Assembly: GCF_006345805.1 (NCBI RefSeq) | Contig: NC_043000.1 | Location: 77,066,001 to 77,130,000, forward strand | Direction of reading: 5' to 3' | DNA from: Octopus sinensis | Lineage: Eukaryota | Length of the DNA stretch: 64,000 nucleotides | In this document: positions 37,986-51,382 of the stretch, in pieces | How positions within the stretch are numbered: position 1 is the stretch's first letter | Layout of the letters: each line of letters begins with the position of its first letter | Notes under the pieces: generated by a model | Told to the model about the DNA's origin: nothing | Seen by the model: the letters and a program-made list of their open reading frames with translations, nothing else | Databases searched by the model: none | Position numbers and translations under genes: made by a program

Positions 37986-38820
37986 TTCAGTAGTTTTATT
38001 TTTATAGCGTGATTTCACTTCACTACCGAGCGCAGCTCTGTGTGCCTTGGGTATGTGCTGTGATTTGTTGTGATGCTCTGATGGTTATTGTATGGAAAGT
38101 GTTCTGCGTAGGATGTGTGCAGTGCCTAGTAGTGCAATTTTCTGTATGTTATATGTGTTTGTAAGTCCTGGTGTTTTTGTTATGTATTTGTCTGAATATT
38201 TTTTTATCATGCCTAATGCACCTACTATGATAGGAATTGTTTCTGTTTTCAGGTTCCACATTCTAGTTATCTCTATTTCCAGGTCTTTGTATTTTGAGAG
38301 TTTCTCCATTTCTTTTAGAGACACGTTGTCATCTGCCGGTATTGATACATCAATTAGAAAGCATTTTTTTTCTTCATGATCTCTGACAACTATATCTGGT
38401 CTGTTGGCCTTAATTTCTCTATCTGTGTGTATCGGCATATCCCAGAGTATGGTTGCTTTCTCGTTTTCTGTGACCTTTTCTGGTATGTGCCTATACCATC
38501 TTTTTCTGTTGTTATTCCATAATGTTGGCATAGCTTCCAATGTATGTAGGTTCCAACTCTGTCATGTCTGTGAATATATCCTTCTTAGCCAGGACTGGGC
38601 AGCTAGAGAAATATGATTTATTGTTTCTTGTCCATCTCCACATATTCTGCAGTTACTTGTAATATTTCTTTTCATTACATGTTTTTGGTAATTTCTGGTG
38701 GGGAGGCTTTGGTCTTGTGCTGCAATTAAAAATCCCTCTGTTTCTGCTTTGAGTCCTGAGCTTCTCAACCATTGCTGGGATTTTTCTTTGTCTATTTCTT
38801 TTGAGTTTAGTTTAGTGCAG
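37986..38820 (-). mobile_element. Dong/R4-clade LINE 3' fragment with restriction-like endonuclease, flanked by (TAA)n
   Basis: AAQDQSLPTRNY, CRICG..QETINHI, ILWD, NRPDIVV, IDVSIP, EKLSKYKDL and IPIIVGALG motifs. Both junctions lie in TAA repeats, the known Dong target. Confidence 0.9.
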
Positions 38821-38841
38821 TATTATTTTATTTTAGTTTAG

Positions 38842-38880
<39 letters not shown>

Positions 38881-39990
38881 GAGTGAGAGAGCAGTGCATG
38901 TCATCAAAGTGACCCTGTGGTAAAATATACGAAGCCCAGTATACCCATCATGTCTACCCGTCCGATAAGGGTACACCAGGCACATGCATCACAACCATAT
39001 GTGCGCGACATGGTGTCATATCAAGATAAACAGCGCATGACCTTGCAGGTGGGGCCCAGTTAGAATTTTCTTCTGGACGCGTAGCCCATCCCGCTCAAAA
39101 GGTCCCTGAATAAGGGTTGTTTAAGGATGTTGAACGAACCACCCATGTTTCCAAAGGTGAATTATCCAAACCTCTAAGAATTCCTTTCAACACACGGCTA
39201 TGATGCTCCCCCACAACTTCTGCTTGTGATCAGAGATGCGCATATCGTCAACCACAAAGGGACATGGTGAACTGGTTAAGGTCAAACAACTGGCAAGGAA
39301 ATCTGTAGTACTGTTCAGAATATTTGCTGTAGTCCATCTTTTATACCAAGACAAAATGATGTACATGATAACACTTCCGATCAGTTAAGATCAGAATCCA
39401 CGATCTTTATTATTTATTATCGTTATTATTTATTATCGTTATTATTATATTATTATTATTGAGTGAGAGAGCAGTGCATGTCATCAAAGTGACCCTGTGG
39501 TAAAATATACGAGCCCAGTATACCCATCATGTCTACCCGTCCGATAAGGGTACACCAGGCACATGCATCACAACCATATGTGCGCGACATGGTGTCATAT
39601 CAAGATAAACAGCGCATGACCTTGCAGGTGGGGCCCAGTTAGAATTTTCTTCTGGACGCGTAGCCCATCCCGCTCAAAAGGTCCCTGAATAAGGGTTGTT
39701 TAAGGATGTTGAACGAACCACCCATGTTTCCAAAGGTGAATTATCCAAACCTCTAAGAATTCCTTTCAACACACGGCTATGATGCTCCCCCACAACTTCT
39801 GCTTGTGATCAGAGATGCGCATATCGTCAACCACAAAGGGACATGGTGAACTGGTTAAGGTCAAACAACTGGCAAGGAAATCTGTAGTACTGTTCAGAAT
39901 ATTTGCTGTAGTCCATCTTTTATACCAAGACAAAATGATGTACATGATAACACTTCCGATCAGTTAAGATCAGAATCCACGATCTTTATT
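38881..39990. mobile_element. Tandem dimer of a ~530-bp non-coding element within (ATT)n
   Basis: 38881-39405 and 39461-39985 are almost identical; same family as 46415-47558. Confidence 0.85.
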
Positions 39991-40033
39991 ATTTATTATC
40001 GTTATTATTTATTATCGTTATTATTATTATTAT

Positions 40034-40092
<59 letters not shown>

Positions 40093-40119
40093 TTATTATT
40101 ATTATTATTATTATTAGTA

Positions 40120-40151
<32 letters not shown>

Positions 40152-40420
40152 TTGTTGTTGTTGTTATTATTATTAGTAGTAGTATAATTGTTGTTGTTAT
40201 TACTACTACTACTACTACTACTATTATTATTATTATTAGTAGTAGTTATATTAGTATTATTGTTGTTGTTGTTGTTGTTGTTGTTATTATTATTATTATT
40301 ACTACTACTACTACTATTATTATTATTATTAGTAGTAGTAGTAGTGGTAATAGTAGTATTGTTGTTGTTATTATTATTAGTAGTAGTATTAGTATTGTTG
40401 TTGTTGTTGTTGTTATTATT
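39990..40420. repeat. Compound trinucleotide microsatellite (ATT/ACT/AGT/GTT)
   Basis: Seen directly. Confidence 0.95.
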
Positions 40421-41387
40421 ACCTCCGCCTTCGTTAAGGCGGAGGTATTGTTTTCAGTCGTGCTTGATTGTTTGTCCATGGGCAAGATATCTCAAGAACC
40501 AATTGATGGATTCAGATGAAACTTTCAGGGATGTTTGGCCTCGTGACTGGCACGAACTGATTAAAATTTGGGATCCGGTACCGGACAAGGAGTTTGGATT
40601 ATAATTTATATTTTCTTTACTTTACATGTATATGTAAAGTTTCACATAGTTCTCTTGTACACGCACACACGTACACACATATACTCACACTGCAAATATC
40701 ATTTATCGGCTTTTTCATTCTTTCCTTCATTATTCATCTATCACCCCTTCCTTTCTCATTCATACGACGCTCTCTTTGCCATTTATCTCCTCTACTTTCA
40801 CCTCTCACTCCGACTCTATTTTATATATATATAATATAAATATATTTAAAAAAATAACGCTCATTATTATATTGGGAGATTATGCATACACTTTACAGTA
40901 TACTTACATATATACATAATCCTATACATCGATCTAAAACAACAGGATTACTTAAGGAAGACCGGAATTTAAGACTACGATACAGTATGCATTTCATTGC
41001 AATTATAATTTTTATGTTCAAATACGCTTCTCTACGAATGTTCCTGTTGCATTTCAACCAGTGTTTCTAAAACGTTTACTTAGTGACTCCCAAAGACTTA
41101 TTGACTTGTGTGCGCTCAAGTCATGCAAATATTTTCATTACCCAGACGACACACAATATTTCAAACACGGCCTGCACTCTCACTTGCACATCCCATGACT
41201 CCTATTGGGATCGATCAGGTAGCGGACAAGGTATATGGATTATTTTTTCCATTTGAAAGCGATCGGGTTCATTTTTAGTATTCCCAATTTTATTTCAGAT
41301 ATTCTCATTTTAAAAATCATCTCCGGTTAATTGTTGAGAGGACGTTGGTGTTGCCTTGGCGGAGGTTTGAGCTCTCTGAGCGCTCTT
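40419..41387 (+). mobile_element. Helentron-associated non-autonomous element (HINE/DINE-1-like)
   Basis: 5' ACCTCCGCC..GGCGGAGGT hairpin, 3' subterminal GGCGGAGGT (41358-41366), then a short stem-loop GAGCTCTCTGAGCGCTC and TT. Confidence 0.7.
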
Positions 41388-41417
41388 ATATATTTATATA
41401 TATATATATATATATAA

Positions 41418-41800
41418 CTTTTACTTGTTTCAGTCATTAGACTGCGGCCATGCTAGGGCGCTCCTTGAAGGATTTCAGTCGAACGAATCGACTCCAGTAC
41501 TGGTACTGATTCTATCGGTTTCTTTTTGCCGAACCGCCAATGCACAGGCACGTAAACACACCAGCACCGGTTGTCAGGTGGTGTGGGGAACAAACACACA
41601 CACACACACACCACACACACACACCACACACACACACACACACACGCACAAATACACACACATATGCACATATCCATACATATATGACGGGCTTCTTTCA
41701 GTTTCTGTCTACCAAACCCACTCTCAAAGCCTTAGTCGGCCCCAAGCTATAGTAGAAGACACTTACCTAAGGTGCCAAGCAAACTTGTTACCACACTGCC
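41418..41800 (-). mobile_element. SINE family 1
   Basis: Reverse-complement match. Confidence 0.8.
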
Positions 41801-42748
41801 ACGAAATATGGTTGTTTTACCATTTGATATAGTAAGACCGAAGAAGCAAAAGGAAAGTCTAAATTCAGCTTCAGACCCAGCAGAAATATGCGCCCTCGCA
41901 TCTCCTCTCTAACCTTTCACATGTACTTCGTTTGCTTTTTAACTATACACATGAACTCTTCTCAAACTCGCGCGCACGTCTTCGTATTCATATGAGTGTA
42001 AAGCATTGCCAAATCTTTTAAGAAGTTCGTGTCATAAAGATAACGTTTCCAGTTCGATCCTATCACAAAGCATCTAATGTATGTGTCTTTTACCTTACTC
42101 TCGGATAAATCGAGATCTTGTGGGTGAAAATGCGTAGAATGATATTGTGTGTAGGGCTGTCTGATGGAGCATAGTTGTTAAAGTCTAGCCTTCTCATACA
42201 CCGTAAACAAATTCTGCCTAAAGATTACGTTAAGGTTACACGTGTCTGTGAAAAACTCAAAATCTTACAATAGTATTCAATTACTGTATTTTAATTTTCG
42301 TTTCAATCCAGTCTTGTTTAGGACTTCATTGTAAGATGTTTAGTCGAAAAATTGTCTGTGCACATTCATTTTCTTTTTCTCAATGTGTTTAATTCATATC
42401 TGACTTTTGGAAAATTATTAGACAACCATTTGTGTATAATTTTCTTCCTGAATGGTTGGATATGTTGTCTAGATATTATAGTAAATAGATTTCTGCAAAT
42501 TAACAAAGTGACTAAATGTTATATTTCACGATTCTCTTGGTAAATAATGTTTTCCTATCATTCAAACTTTCTATGATTGACTTTCTTAACACACAGACGG
42601 TCAATAGTATCCCTGCATTCGGGATTTTCCCCAGTTTTAATATTGGATTAGTGTAAATATATTTCTGTGAATTACCGAATTCAAAATCTTTTATGCAGAA
42701 CTTGCGGTTAAAACACAGACACACACAGACACACACAAACGCACACAC

Positions 42749-42786
<38 letters not shown>

Positions 42787-42797
42787 CACACACAACA

Positions 42798-42847
<50 letters not shown>

Positions 42848-42989
42848 ACACACATTTCTTGCATCAGCTCTTTTTACTCCTTTCCTCATTTCACCGCCTC
42901 CATCTCCTATACAATTCTTATTCTGCAACGTACATAACCTTCTCGTAAACTGCTTCTCCTTCCTTACATCCATTCTCCCTCTGTTATTT

Positions 42990-43200
42990 TTTACCTGTAG
43001 ACATCGCTGTTACACTTGCTTTTTTTTAGTCAAACACCACTATCCTCATCGGACCCACCCACAGCACCTTCTATACTGGGGACTATTTCTTATGTACCTT
43101 TAACGACGCCATAGATGCATTCTCATATTCATTCTGGAATTCGATGTATATCGGAAAAACCAGCCGTCGACTGTCCAGCAGTTTCGTGGAGCACCTCATA
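42990..43200 (+). pseudogene. Penelope-like Cys linker/GIY-YIG relic
   Basis: CRHRCYTC and MYIGKTSRRLSSSFVEHL; homologous to 53762-54180. Confidence 0.7.
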
Positions 43201-43489
43201 CATACATATGCGATGTGATGTGTGTGTGTGTGTGTGTGTGCGTGTGTGTGTGTGTGTGTGTGTGCGTGTGTATGTGCATGTGTGTGTGTGCGTGTGTTAT
43301 TGGCTCTAACGCCAATATATAACAAAGGTAATAACCAAGGCCAGCAAACTACAAAGTGGTTACCTGAAAAATCCTTTAAAAGACTCTCAAGAGAATGAAA
43401 AATAAAACCGAAGAAGCAAAAGGAAAGAGTAAATTCAGCTTCAGACCCAGCAGAGATACAACTGAAGCAATTTTTATTGTCTGAAGAAT

Positions 43490-43570
43490 AATTGAAGAAA
43501 ACAAAAAGGCAACAAAAATTGAAGAAAACAAAAAGGCAACAAAAATTGAAGAAAACAAAAAGGCAACGAA
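43490..43570. repeat. 27-bp tandem repeat x3
   Basis: Unit AATTGAAGAAAACAAAAAGGCAACAAA. Confidence 0.9.
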
Positions 43571-44689
43571 TACTTTGACTCTTCAGCTTGTGCATTCAAC
43601 ACAATCTTGAGGAAGTCCTTGTGGCAGATGACATCAATAGGCTTAAATACCAACTTTTATATAGGACAATAGAAAAATAATGAGTTTGCCATGACCATTG
43701 ATGGTTAACTGACCGACTGGAGTATTCACAGGTCTTACACAAGGAAGCCTGCTATTCTTCATTCTTCTCAATATGACTGGAATTTATCATGAAAGATCTG
43801 AAAGATTTAGATGTAAGTTTGTAACTTGTGCAAAGAAAACAAAAATGAGATCAGATTTTATACCCAAAACTATTGTCGGCGAATCTTTTAGAAATAAGTA
43901 AACACAATATTGAATGAAAATATGTCTTTCCACTCAGTGACTTTTTTAAAAACAATCAAGAGGTTTTACCAAACAGGTTTAGCAAGTTCTGTGTGTTTTG
44001 ATGTTTACAAGTTTTTCTAAGCCTTTTGTCTGAATTTCTGATCAACCGTGACTAAACGTTTTAGAACAAACATTTGGTTTACTTACGTCATCTAACATAA
44101 TGTCTGCTGTAACAGCAACTTATCATTGAGTTCCTTATTTAATCTTGAGCCTCCGGTGAAGACTTAGTGTTCGACATAAACTCCTTGTAGTGCTTGGAAA
44201 GTAATATATTATCTCAACAGAAAATATCGGATAGATAGAGCTGCTTCAAAACGAATAAACCAGTGAAAAACAATGACAGGGACACACTCCACGTGCTAAC
44301 CAAGTGGCGCCATTGGCATGGAAACAAAAGCTAAGTAAGAGATAACGTACTAAATAAATAAGGAAAATGTTGCTTAAAGCATGTTTGATTATTACATGAA
44401 TTAAATAAGGGAAGATTTAATTAAAAATGATTGATTACTACATTATGTAAAACTAACAAAATGATTCAGACCAACTATCAACAGGAAACCTACATTGTCA
44501 CTTGACTTACAAGAAATAGCACAGAGGTGTGTTTAAAAGCAAGAAGGGCGCATTAAATAATGTACAAGTAGATAGACTATGTCTGAAAAAAAAAGGAGAA
44601 AAAGAAGACTGTTCTAGATGAAACGCCTTTGATTATAGGCAGGTTGGTTTAAACCTGAACAGGAACTGAACAACAATATTCCTTTTCTA

Positions 44690-45520
44690 TATGTTTCTAG
44701 GATGGCGAGGGATATGCACTAGAACAGCTGCTCTGACCCACGGGGTTCTCACTTGCGGACATTTATCTCCCCGCCACCAATAGTGGGATCAGGGATATCG
44801 TCCCGGGGCAGAAAATGCCGGAGAACTCCATTGCCTCAGACTCGACTATAAATCTGTCAGAGAACAATAGATACCTTGAGAGTTTGCTTTTCTCAACCTG
44901 ACAAGCAGCAGAGCCTGCACTGGTAGCTCAACACACCAAGTCACCGTTGGAGAAAGTGTCACTGATGAGAAGCCTACCGCCACGGAACAGAAAAACTGTC
45001 ATAACGTCAGGCCTTTTATCCGTCCCCTCGATCTAGTCCCGCTGGCTCGAGATGAGAAGGAAGCCTGCAGCATCTCGGCGATGCTTTATGATTTTGTTAA
45101 GGGCATGGCGTGAAAGGTGGCCAGCATTATAATGGCATGACAGTTGGTGGAACCCAAAAGAATCCACAGTGGATCAGCAGCGGCATTCACCCGGCTCACA
45201 GATCTGGAGGCCAAGCTTAGGGAATCAACGATACGCAGACAGTAGCTATCAAGTCACGAGTGATAGCACTGTACTGAGCCAAGCTCCGCTGTGCGGTTCG
45301 GCGGTTGAGCGGAAACCTGCTAGACGGTACTGGTCAAGTCAGCCACTAGCTCGTCTGAGATCATGTACAATTGATGGCATCCCGTTTCTTTTGAGAAGGA
45401 CGTCAACAGAAGGGAGAGGAGGTTGGACGTTAGCAGGGCACGGGCCGAGCTGGTTCCATGTCGCGTAGACTACTTCACGCTCCGAAATTACAGACGATTC
45501 AGTTGTGTTGTGGAGAAAAC
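44690..45520 (-). pseudogene. CRE-clade-like non-LTR retrotransposon 3' relic (zinc finger + RLE)
   Basis: Minus-strand DSFGFHQLSCHYNAGHLSRHALNKII, LEPAGLDRGDG*RPDVMTVF..DTF and terminal EPRGSEQLF*CISLAI. Confidence 0.7.
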
Positions 45521-45917
45521 TATAGGAAAGTATTTGGCAATAATCGACTTCTGCTTTACACTGAGGATTGCTAGTACTCACTTTGATGCGTGAGGCAACG
45601 CACCTAAAACATTCAAACAGGAACGCTGATACTGGACCCACCGTACACACAGGCACATACGCTTACATTCACGAAACACAGATACAGGAATCTCACAAAG
45701 AAAGACAAACTGCAAATTAAAAGCTAATAACACAACGGGTCACTGCCATTCCCATTTTAACACATGTAACAATGGATCTTGATTCACATACCCGACAGAG
45801 CCATGTTATGGCGAAACTTGTTGCTGTATAAAACGGATTATATAGCTATTAATAAATTATATATATATACACACACACACGCACACGCATACACACACAC
45901 CACACACACACACACAC

Positions 45918-45961
<44 letters not shown>

Positions 45962-46025
45962 ACGCATGTATGTGTATATGTGTGTGTACATACGAATATG
46001 TATGTACACATAAGTAGGTCTATAC

Positions 46026-46208
46026 AGTTTTATATTTAAGAGATGAGGAATTATGTACATTATTTACATTATTTACATTTGTCCTTATCTTGTTTGTTGT
46101 TAAAAACGTTTCAGGTGATATACCCTCCAGCCTTCATCAGATGTTTGGGGAAATTTCAAACCTGGGATCTCATTTCTAAGGTATTTTTCGATGTTTTTAT
46201 TATTATTA

Positions 46209-46246
<38 letters not shown>

Positions 46247-46352
46247 GTTATTATTATTATTGTTGTTGTGTTGTTGTTACTATTCTTCTTCTTCTTCTTC
46301 TTCTTCTTCTTCTTCTTCTTCTTCTTCTTCTTCTTCTTCTATTTTCTTCTTC

Positions 46353-46395
<43 letters not shown>

Positions 46396-46966
46396 CATTA
46401 TTATTATTATTATTGAGTGAGAGATCAGTTCATGCCATCAAAGTGACACTGGGGTAAAATATACGAAACCCAATATACCCATCATGACTACCCGTCTGAT
46501 AAAGGTACACCAGGCACATGCATCACAACCATATGTGCGCGACATGGTGATCTCATATCAAGATAAACAGCACATGACCTTGCAGGTGGGGCCCAGTTAG
46601 AATTTTCTTCAGGTTGAGTAGCCCATCCCGCTCAAACGGTCCCTGAATAAGGGTTGTTTAAGGATGTTGAAAGAACCACCCATGTTTCCAGAGGTGAACT
46701 ATTCAAACCCCAAAGAATCCCTCTCAACACATGGCTATGATGCTCCTCCACTACTTCTGCTCGTGATCAGAGATGCAAATATCGTCAGCCACTAAGGGAC
46801 ATGCTCAACTGGTTAAGGTCAAACAACTGACAAATAAATCTGTGGTATTGAGCAGAATATTTGCTGTAGCCCATCTTTATACCAAGAAAAACAATGTACA
46901 TGATAACACTCCAATCAGTTAAGATCAGAAGCCATGAGAGCCACTGCCTGGTACTGCATCAGGGCA

Positions 46967-46997
<31 letters not shown>

Positions 46998-47557
46998 GAG
47001 TGAGAGAGCAGTTCATGCCATCAAAGTGACACTGGGGTAAAATATACGAAGCCCAATATACCCATCATGACTACCGTCTGATAAAGGTACACCAGGCACA
47101 TGCATCAAACCATATGTGCGCGACATGGTGATCTCATATCAAGATAAAATAAACAGCATATGACCTTGCAGGTGGGGCCCAGTTAGAATTTTCTTCAGGT
47201 TGAGTAGCCCATCCCGCTCAAAGGTCCCTGAATAAGGATTGTTTAAGGATGTGAAAGAACCACCGTGTTTCCAGAGGTGAATTATTCAAACCCCAAAGAA
47301 TCCCTCTCAACACATGGCTATGATGCTCCCCCACTACTCTGCTCGTGATCAGAGATGCACATATCGTCAGCCACTAAGGGACAATGACATGGTCTCAATG
47401 TTAAGGTCAAACAACTGACAAGCAAATCTGTGGTATTGAGCAGAATATTTGCTGTAGCCCATCTTTTATACCAAGACAAAACAATGTACATGATAACACT
47501 TCCAATCAGTTAAGATCAGAAGCCATGAGAGCCACTGCCTGGTACTGCATCAGGGCA

Positions 47558-47599
<42 letters not shown>

Positions 47600-47845
47600 C
47601 ATTATTATTATTATTATTATTATTGTTGTTGTTGTTGTTGTTATTATCATTATTATTATTATTGACCTGAAAAATAATAATAATAATAATAATAACAAAA
47701 CAACAACAATAGTAATAATAATAATTATAACATCGAAAAATACCTTAGGAATAAGAACCCATGTTCGAAATTTCCCCCAAACGAGGGTACATCAGCCGAA
47801 GACAAACAAGATGAATACAAATACCCGCCAAATGTAAATAATGTA
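46026..47845. mobile_element. Palindromic hammerhead element with a nested dimer in its microsatellite spacer
   Basis: Left arm 46026-46195; right arm 47663-47845 (internally deleted); imperfect flanking repeat TAAGTAG(G/A)TC. Confidence 0.75.
46415..47558. mobile_element. Tandem dimer of the ~550-bp (TAA)n-inserted element
   Basis: 46415-46967 and 46998-47558, separated by (ATT)n. Confidence 0.85.
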
Positions 47846-48689
47846 AGTAGATCAATGCTTGCTAGACTTTACAATTTTTTCATTCAATATCCAGACAGTT
47901 CTGATCAATTACCAATTGATAATCAATACAAACCAACTGTATGACCGTTGTCAACCTAAACAAGTTACACAGTTACACTAGATTTACAGATTTCTTGTTG
48001 ACAGGAAGTTCAATTCCCACAACGACCTAAATATTTATGTTAATAATCGTACCTTATTGGTTTTATTCCGTTCTGATGTAATGTGTATTGCACAAATAAA
48101 AGACACAAACACACACACATTTATATATATACATATATATATATATATATACATATATATATACATACATACATACATACATATATACATGCGCATAGTT
48201 CTACTCATACGTTTTCATATACTTTAAATTAACTATGCGATATTTAGATCTTGAATTGATGTCTATCTACTGTTTATTATGTTCATAAACACATACCCAC
48301 ACACATACACATGACACATACATTCTTACACACATGCATAGATACATGCTTACATATATACATTCATATGTTATAGGGTCTCATACATGTAATATAGTCA
48401 TCTGAAAAATTTTGTCCAAGTGAAATTTACCAATTTACCAACAGAGGGACATAATCCCAGTGCGATCAATTCATATTCATATTTGTTTAGCGAATAGGAC
48501 AGATCTGGTCTTTAAAGCCAAATGATGGAAGCAATGGATATGTTTCAGTCATATCAGACCTTGTCACTGAAGCATAATCTACTCTGTTAGGAAGACAGAA
48601 AGGAATAATATATGTAGTTGAAATTGAAGTAATACATGTGTGTGTGTGTGTGTCCTATTGTTACATACATAAGAGAAACCCTAGTCGTA

Positions 48690-49800
48690 AGCACTAATCT
48701 TAACCTTCCTCGTTTTACCAGTATATTTTGTGACTTACTGTATGACAAAAATATTTGTTGTGTGCACTGTGTACAAGATGCGTCACAGGCTGTTGTAGCA
48801 CTTTCCCGCGAGCGCTTGGATTCTACGATCCATGGTAACTGTGAGTGTCTAACTTTCGCACCCATACAGCCAGATTGGAGGTTCTCAGGGATTGTAAAGT
48901 TTGAGCTTTGTGGGGAAAACTGACAGAATTGGTTTTCCAGATGACATTCAGCTTCGTCATAGCAGTAAGACAGGGCTAAATCACGCTTTCATTTCCATTA
49001 TTGAGCTGCTGTCCTTGCTGAAAGTAGATCCAAACAATTTAAATTGTCCGCTTCGTAATGATTTTATCATGCTTGCTGCATTCCGATTGTGGCTATCGAT
49101 CACAATATTGCCTTTTCTTGAAAAAACTTCATTGGAAGCATTTGATGCTCTTTTTAGTCCGCTGGTGAGTTCTTGAGTTTTGCTTTGCTACCTCGTCTGA
49201 GGTCAATAATGTCAACAAAATATAGGTTGTATAAAGCCCCTCTCTTATGGTAATAGAGGTGTGGAAGTCACATAATGTTTCTTGCATGAAGTTTTCCAAG
49301 ACGGCGTTGAAAAATATTGGTGGAAAGAGGGATCCTTGATGAGCTCCATCAATTGTTCGGAGACAACCCGATGTTGCTATTCAGAGGAACTGCCTTGCTT
49401 GAATTGTCATACTGTGCTTGAATCATTTGGATGTGGTTACTGTTGAAATTGAAATTTTTCACCATTTGCTATAAATCCTCATGCCAAATATAGTCAAAGA
49501 CTTTTTAAAAGTTAATGAGTTATGATGGAAGAAGCATTGGTGTTGGAGATGTTTTTCAGCAGTCTTCTTTTTTTTAATTTCTTTTTCTAATGTATTCTTC
49601 TTTTCCTTGCCTTTTGTCTGTTAGGATCTGTTCACCTCTACTTCAGTGTGTTCAGAACTTTCAGCAGTACTTTGCAGGGATGACTGATCAAATATCACAC
49701 TGATGGTTATGTAATTCTGGCAGAATGCGTATTATCAAGAATAGGATCCATTCTTTTGGCTAATGTTTTGTTTCCCATAACATCTGACATATTGTTGTGG
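48690..49800 (-). pseudogene. Degraded RTE-clade reverse transcriptase
   Basis: INF*KVFDYIWHEDL and FPTKLKLY..IWLYGCES*TL..DRRIQAL..KCY. Confidence 0.75.
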
Positions 49801-50073
49801 CTGACAGTGACTGGTTCGGTGGATAATTGTTTCATAATTTGAGTGGTTGATAGACTGGTTAATTTATTGGTCGACTGATTGCTTAGTTGATTGATCAATT
49901 AATGTAAATTGTTTAGTTAGTGTGGTCAATCAATGTTAGATAAATAGATTGGTTAACTGTAGCATTATGTTTATGTGTAGCATTATGCTTATGTGTGAGT
50001 ATGTGCGCGCGCATTTGTAAGGCGCGAGTCTGTGTGCATGTGTGTTTATGTGTATATGTACATGTATGTATAT

Positions 50074-50170
50074 ACCTACCTACCTACCTACCTACCTACC
50101 TACCTACCTACCTACCTACCTACCTACCTACCTACCTACCTACCTACTTACCTACCTACCTACATACATA
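50074..50170. repeat. (TACC)n microsatellite
   Basis: Seen directly. Confidence 0.95.
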
Positions 50171-51312
50171 CATATATACGTAAACATGTGTGAGATGTGT
50201 GTATAACCAGCTGAAATTGCAAAGATAATCTGGAACTGGATAGAGGAAAGAAAACTTCAAATGACTCATCCTTGTTTTTTCTTGTCCCTCTTTTGTATCA
50301 TCTGTCTGGATATTTTGTTGTCCCATTTTTGTATCATCTAGCTGTCTGGATGTTTTGCGTTCTTGTCTCATTTTTTGTATTCCTTTATATATATATATAT
50401 ACACACATACACACACAAATGCATATTTACATTTGTGTGTGTTTTTGTGTGCGCGCGCGCGTGTGTGTCGCTATAGACCCATATCTGCTTTTCTTAATTC
50501 CGGTTCGGCCAATATTTGTCGTTTACAGGTGCGTAGTTCGAGAGAAAACAGACGAAGTCTCTCTTAATTTGGTCTATAATCTAACGGTGATTGTTTAGCT
50601 TCTTATTCTCTTATTTCATTATTGCTTTGCCTTTCTAGTCTGAGTATGCATTTTGATGTTTATTTATATGCTATTTTAATTTATGTGTATTTTAATTTTT
50701 TTATATCCTAATGTTTCCGATTTGTTCGTTGTTCCAAAATAGCAATGGAATATATATTTAACGCTGTTCCACACCATCAGAAGTGTAGTGATCTTCCTTT
50801 AAAGTGCCGAAGTTACTAGGATATCCAATTGGGTAATATCCCTATATAATTAAAATATAATTATATAAAGCGTGTTTTCCTTCTCTCGTTTATGTTTCAG
50901 TTCCGTGTGACTGTCCTGTTTCAATTGTTTCGCGTTTAGAATAGTGCTGGTTCTTTTTATTTATTTTACTGTCCATTGATATACTATAAATCAGATGTTA
51001 ATCGGGAAATTCTATTATAGGATAATATTATTTTTACAATATAGTCATTCATTATTAGGGTCATAGTGTCATTATACAACTGATATGGAGCATACACGCG
51101 CGCGCGCGCACACACACACACACAGTGAAGGCATGTGGCCTGATGGTTAGGCTGTTATACTCACGAAAGCTAAAACGATGTAAAGCGCATTGTGACAAGC
51201 GATGTTTAACACCCGAGAGGCTGGTCGGTCACATGACCACGGTGTCACGTGATACGCGCGCGCGCACAATACACACTCGCACGCATGCCAGTACGCACAC
51301 ACACACACTTGC

Positions 51313-51381
<69 letters not shown>

Positions 51382-51382
51382 A

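Noticed and set aside
40188-40604. Poly-Leu/Ile, YIYI, CVCV and HTHT ORFs here and throughout the window
   Set aside because: They are translations of microsatellites.
43490-43570. Short direct repeats as a CRISPR array
   Set aside because: There are no spacers, the context is eukaryotic and no cas genes are present.
48636-48923. Cys-containing 95-aa plus-strand ORF as a host exon
   Set aside because: The opposite strand encodes a decayed RTE RT (LYGCES motif).
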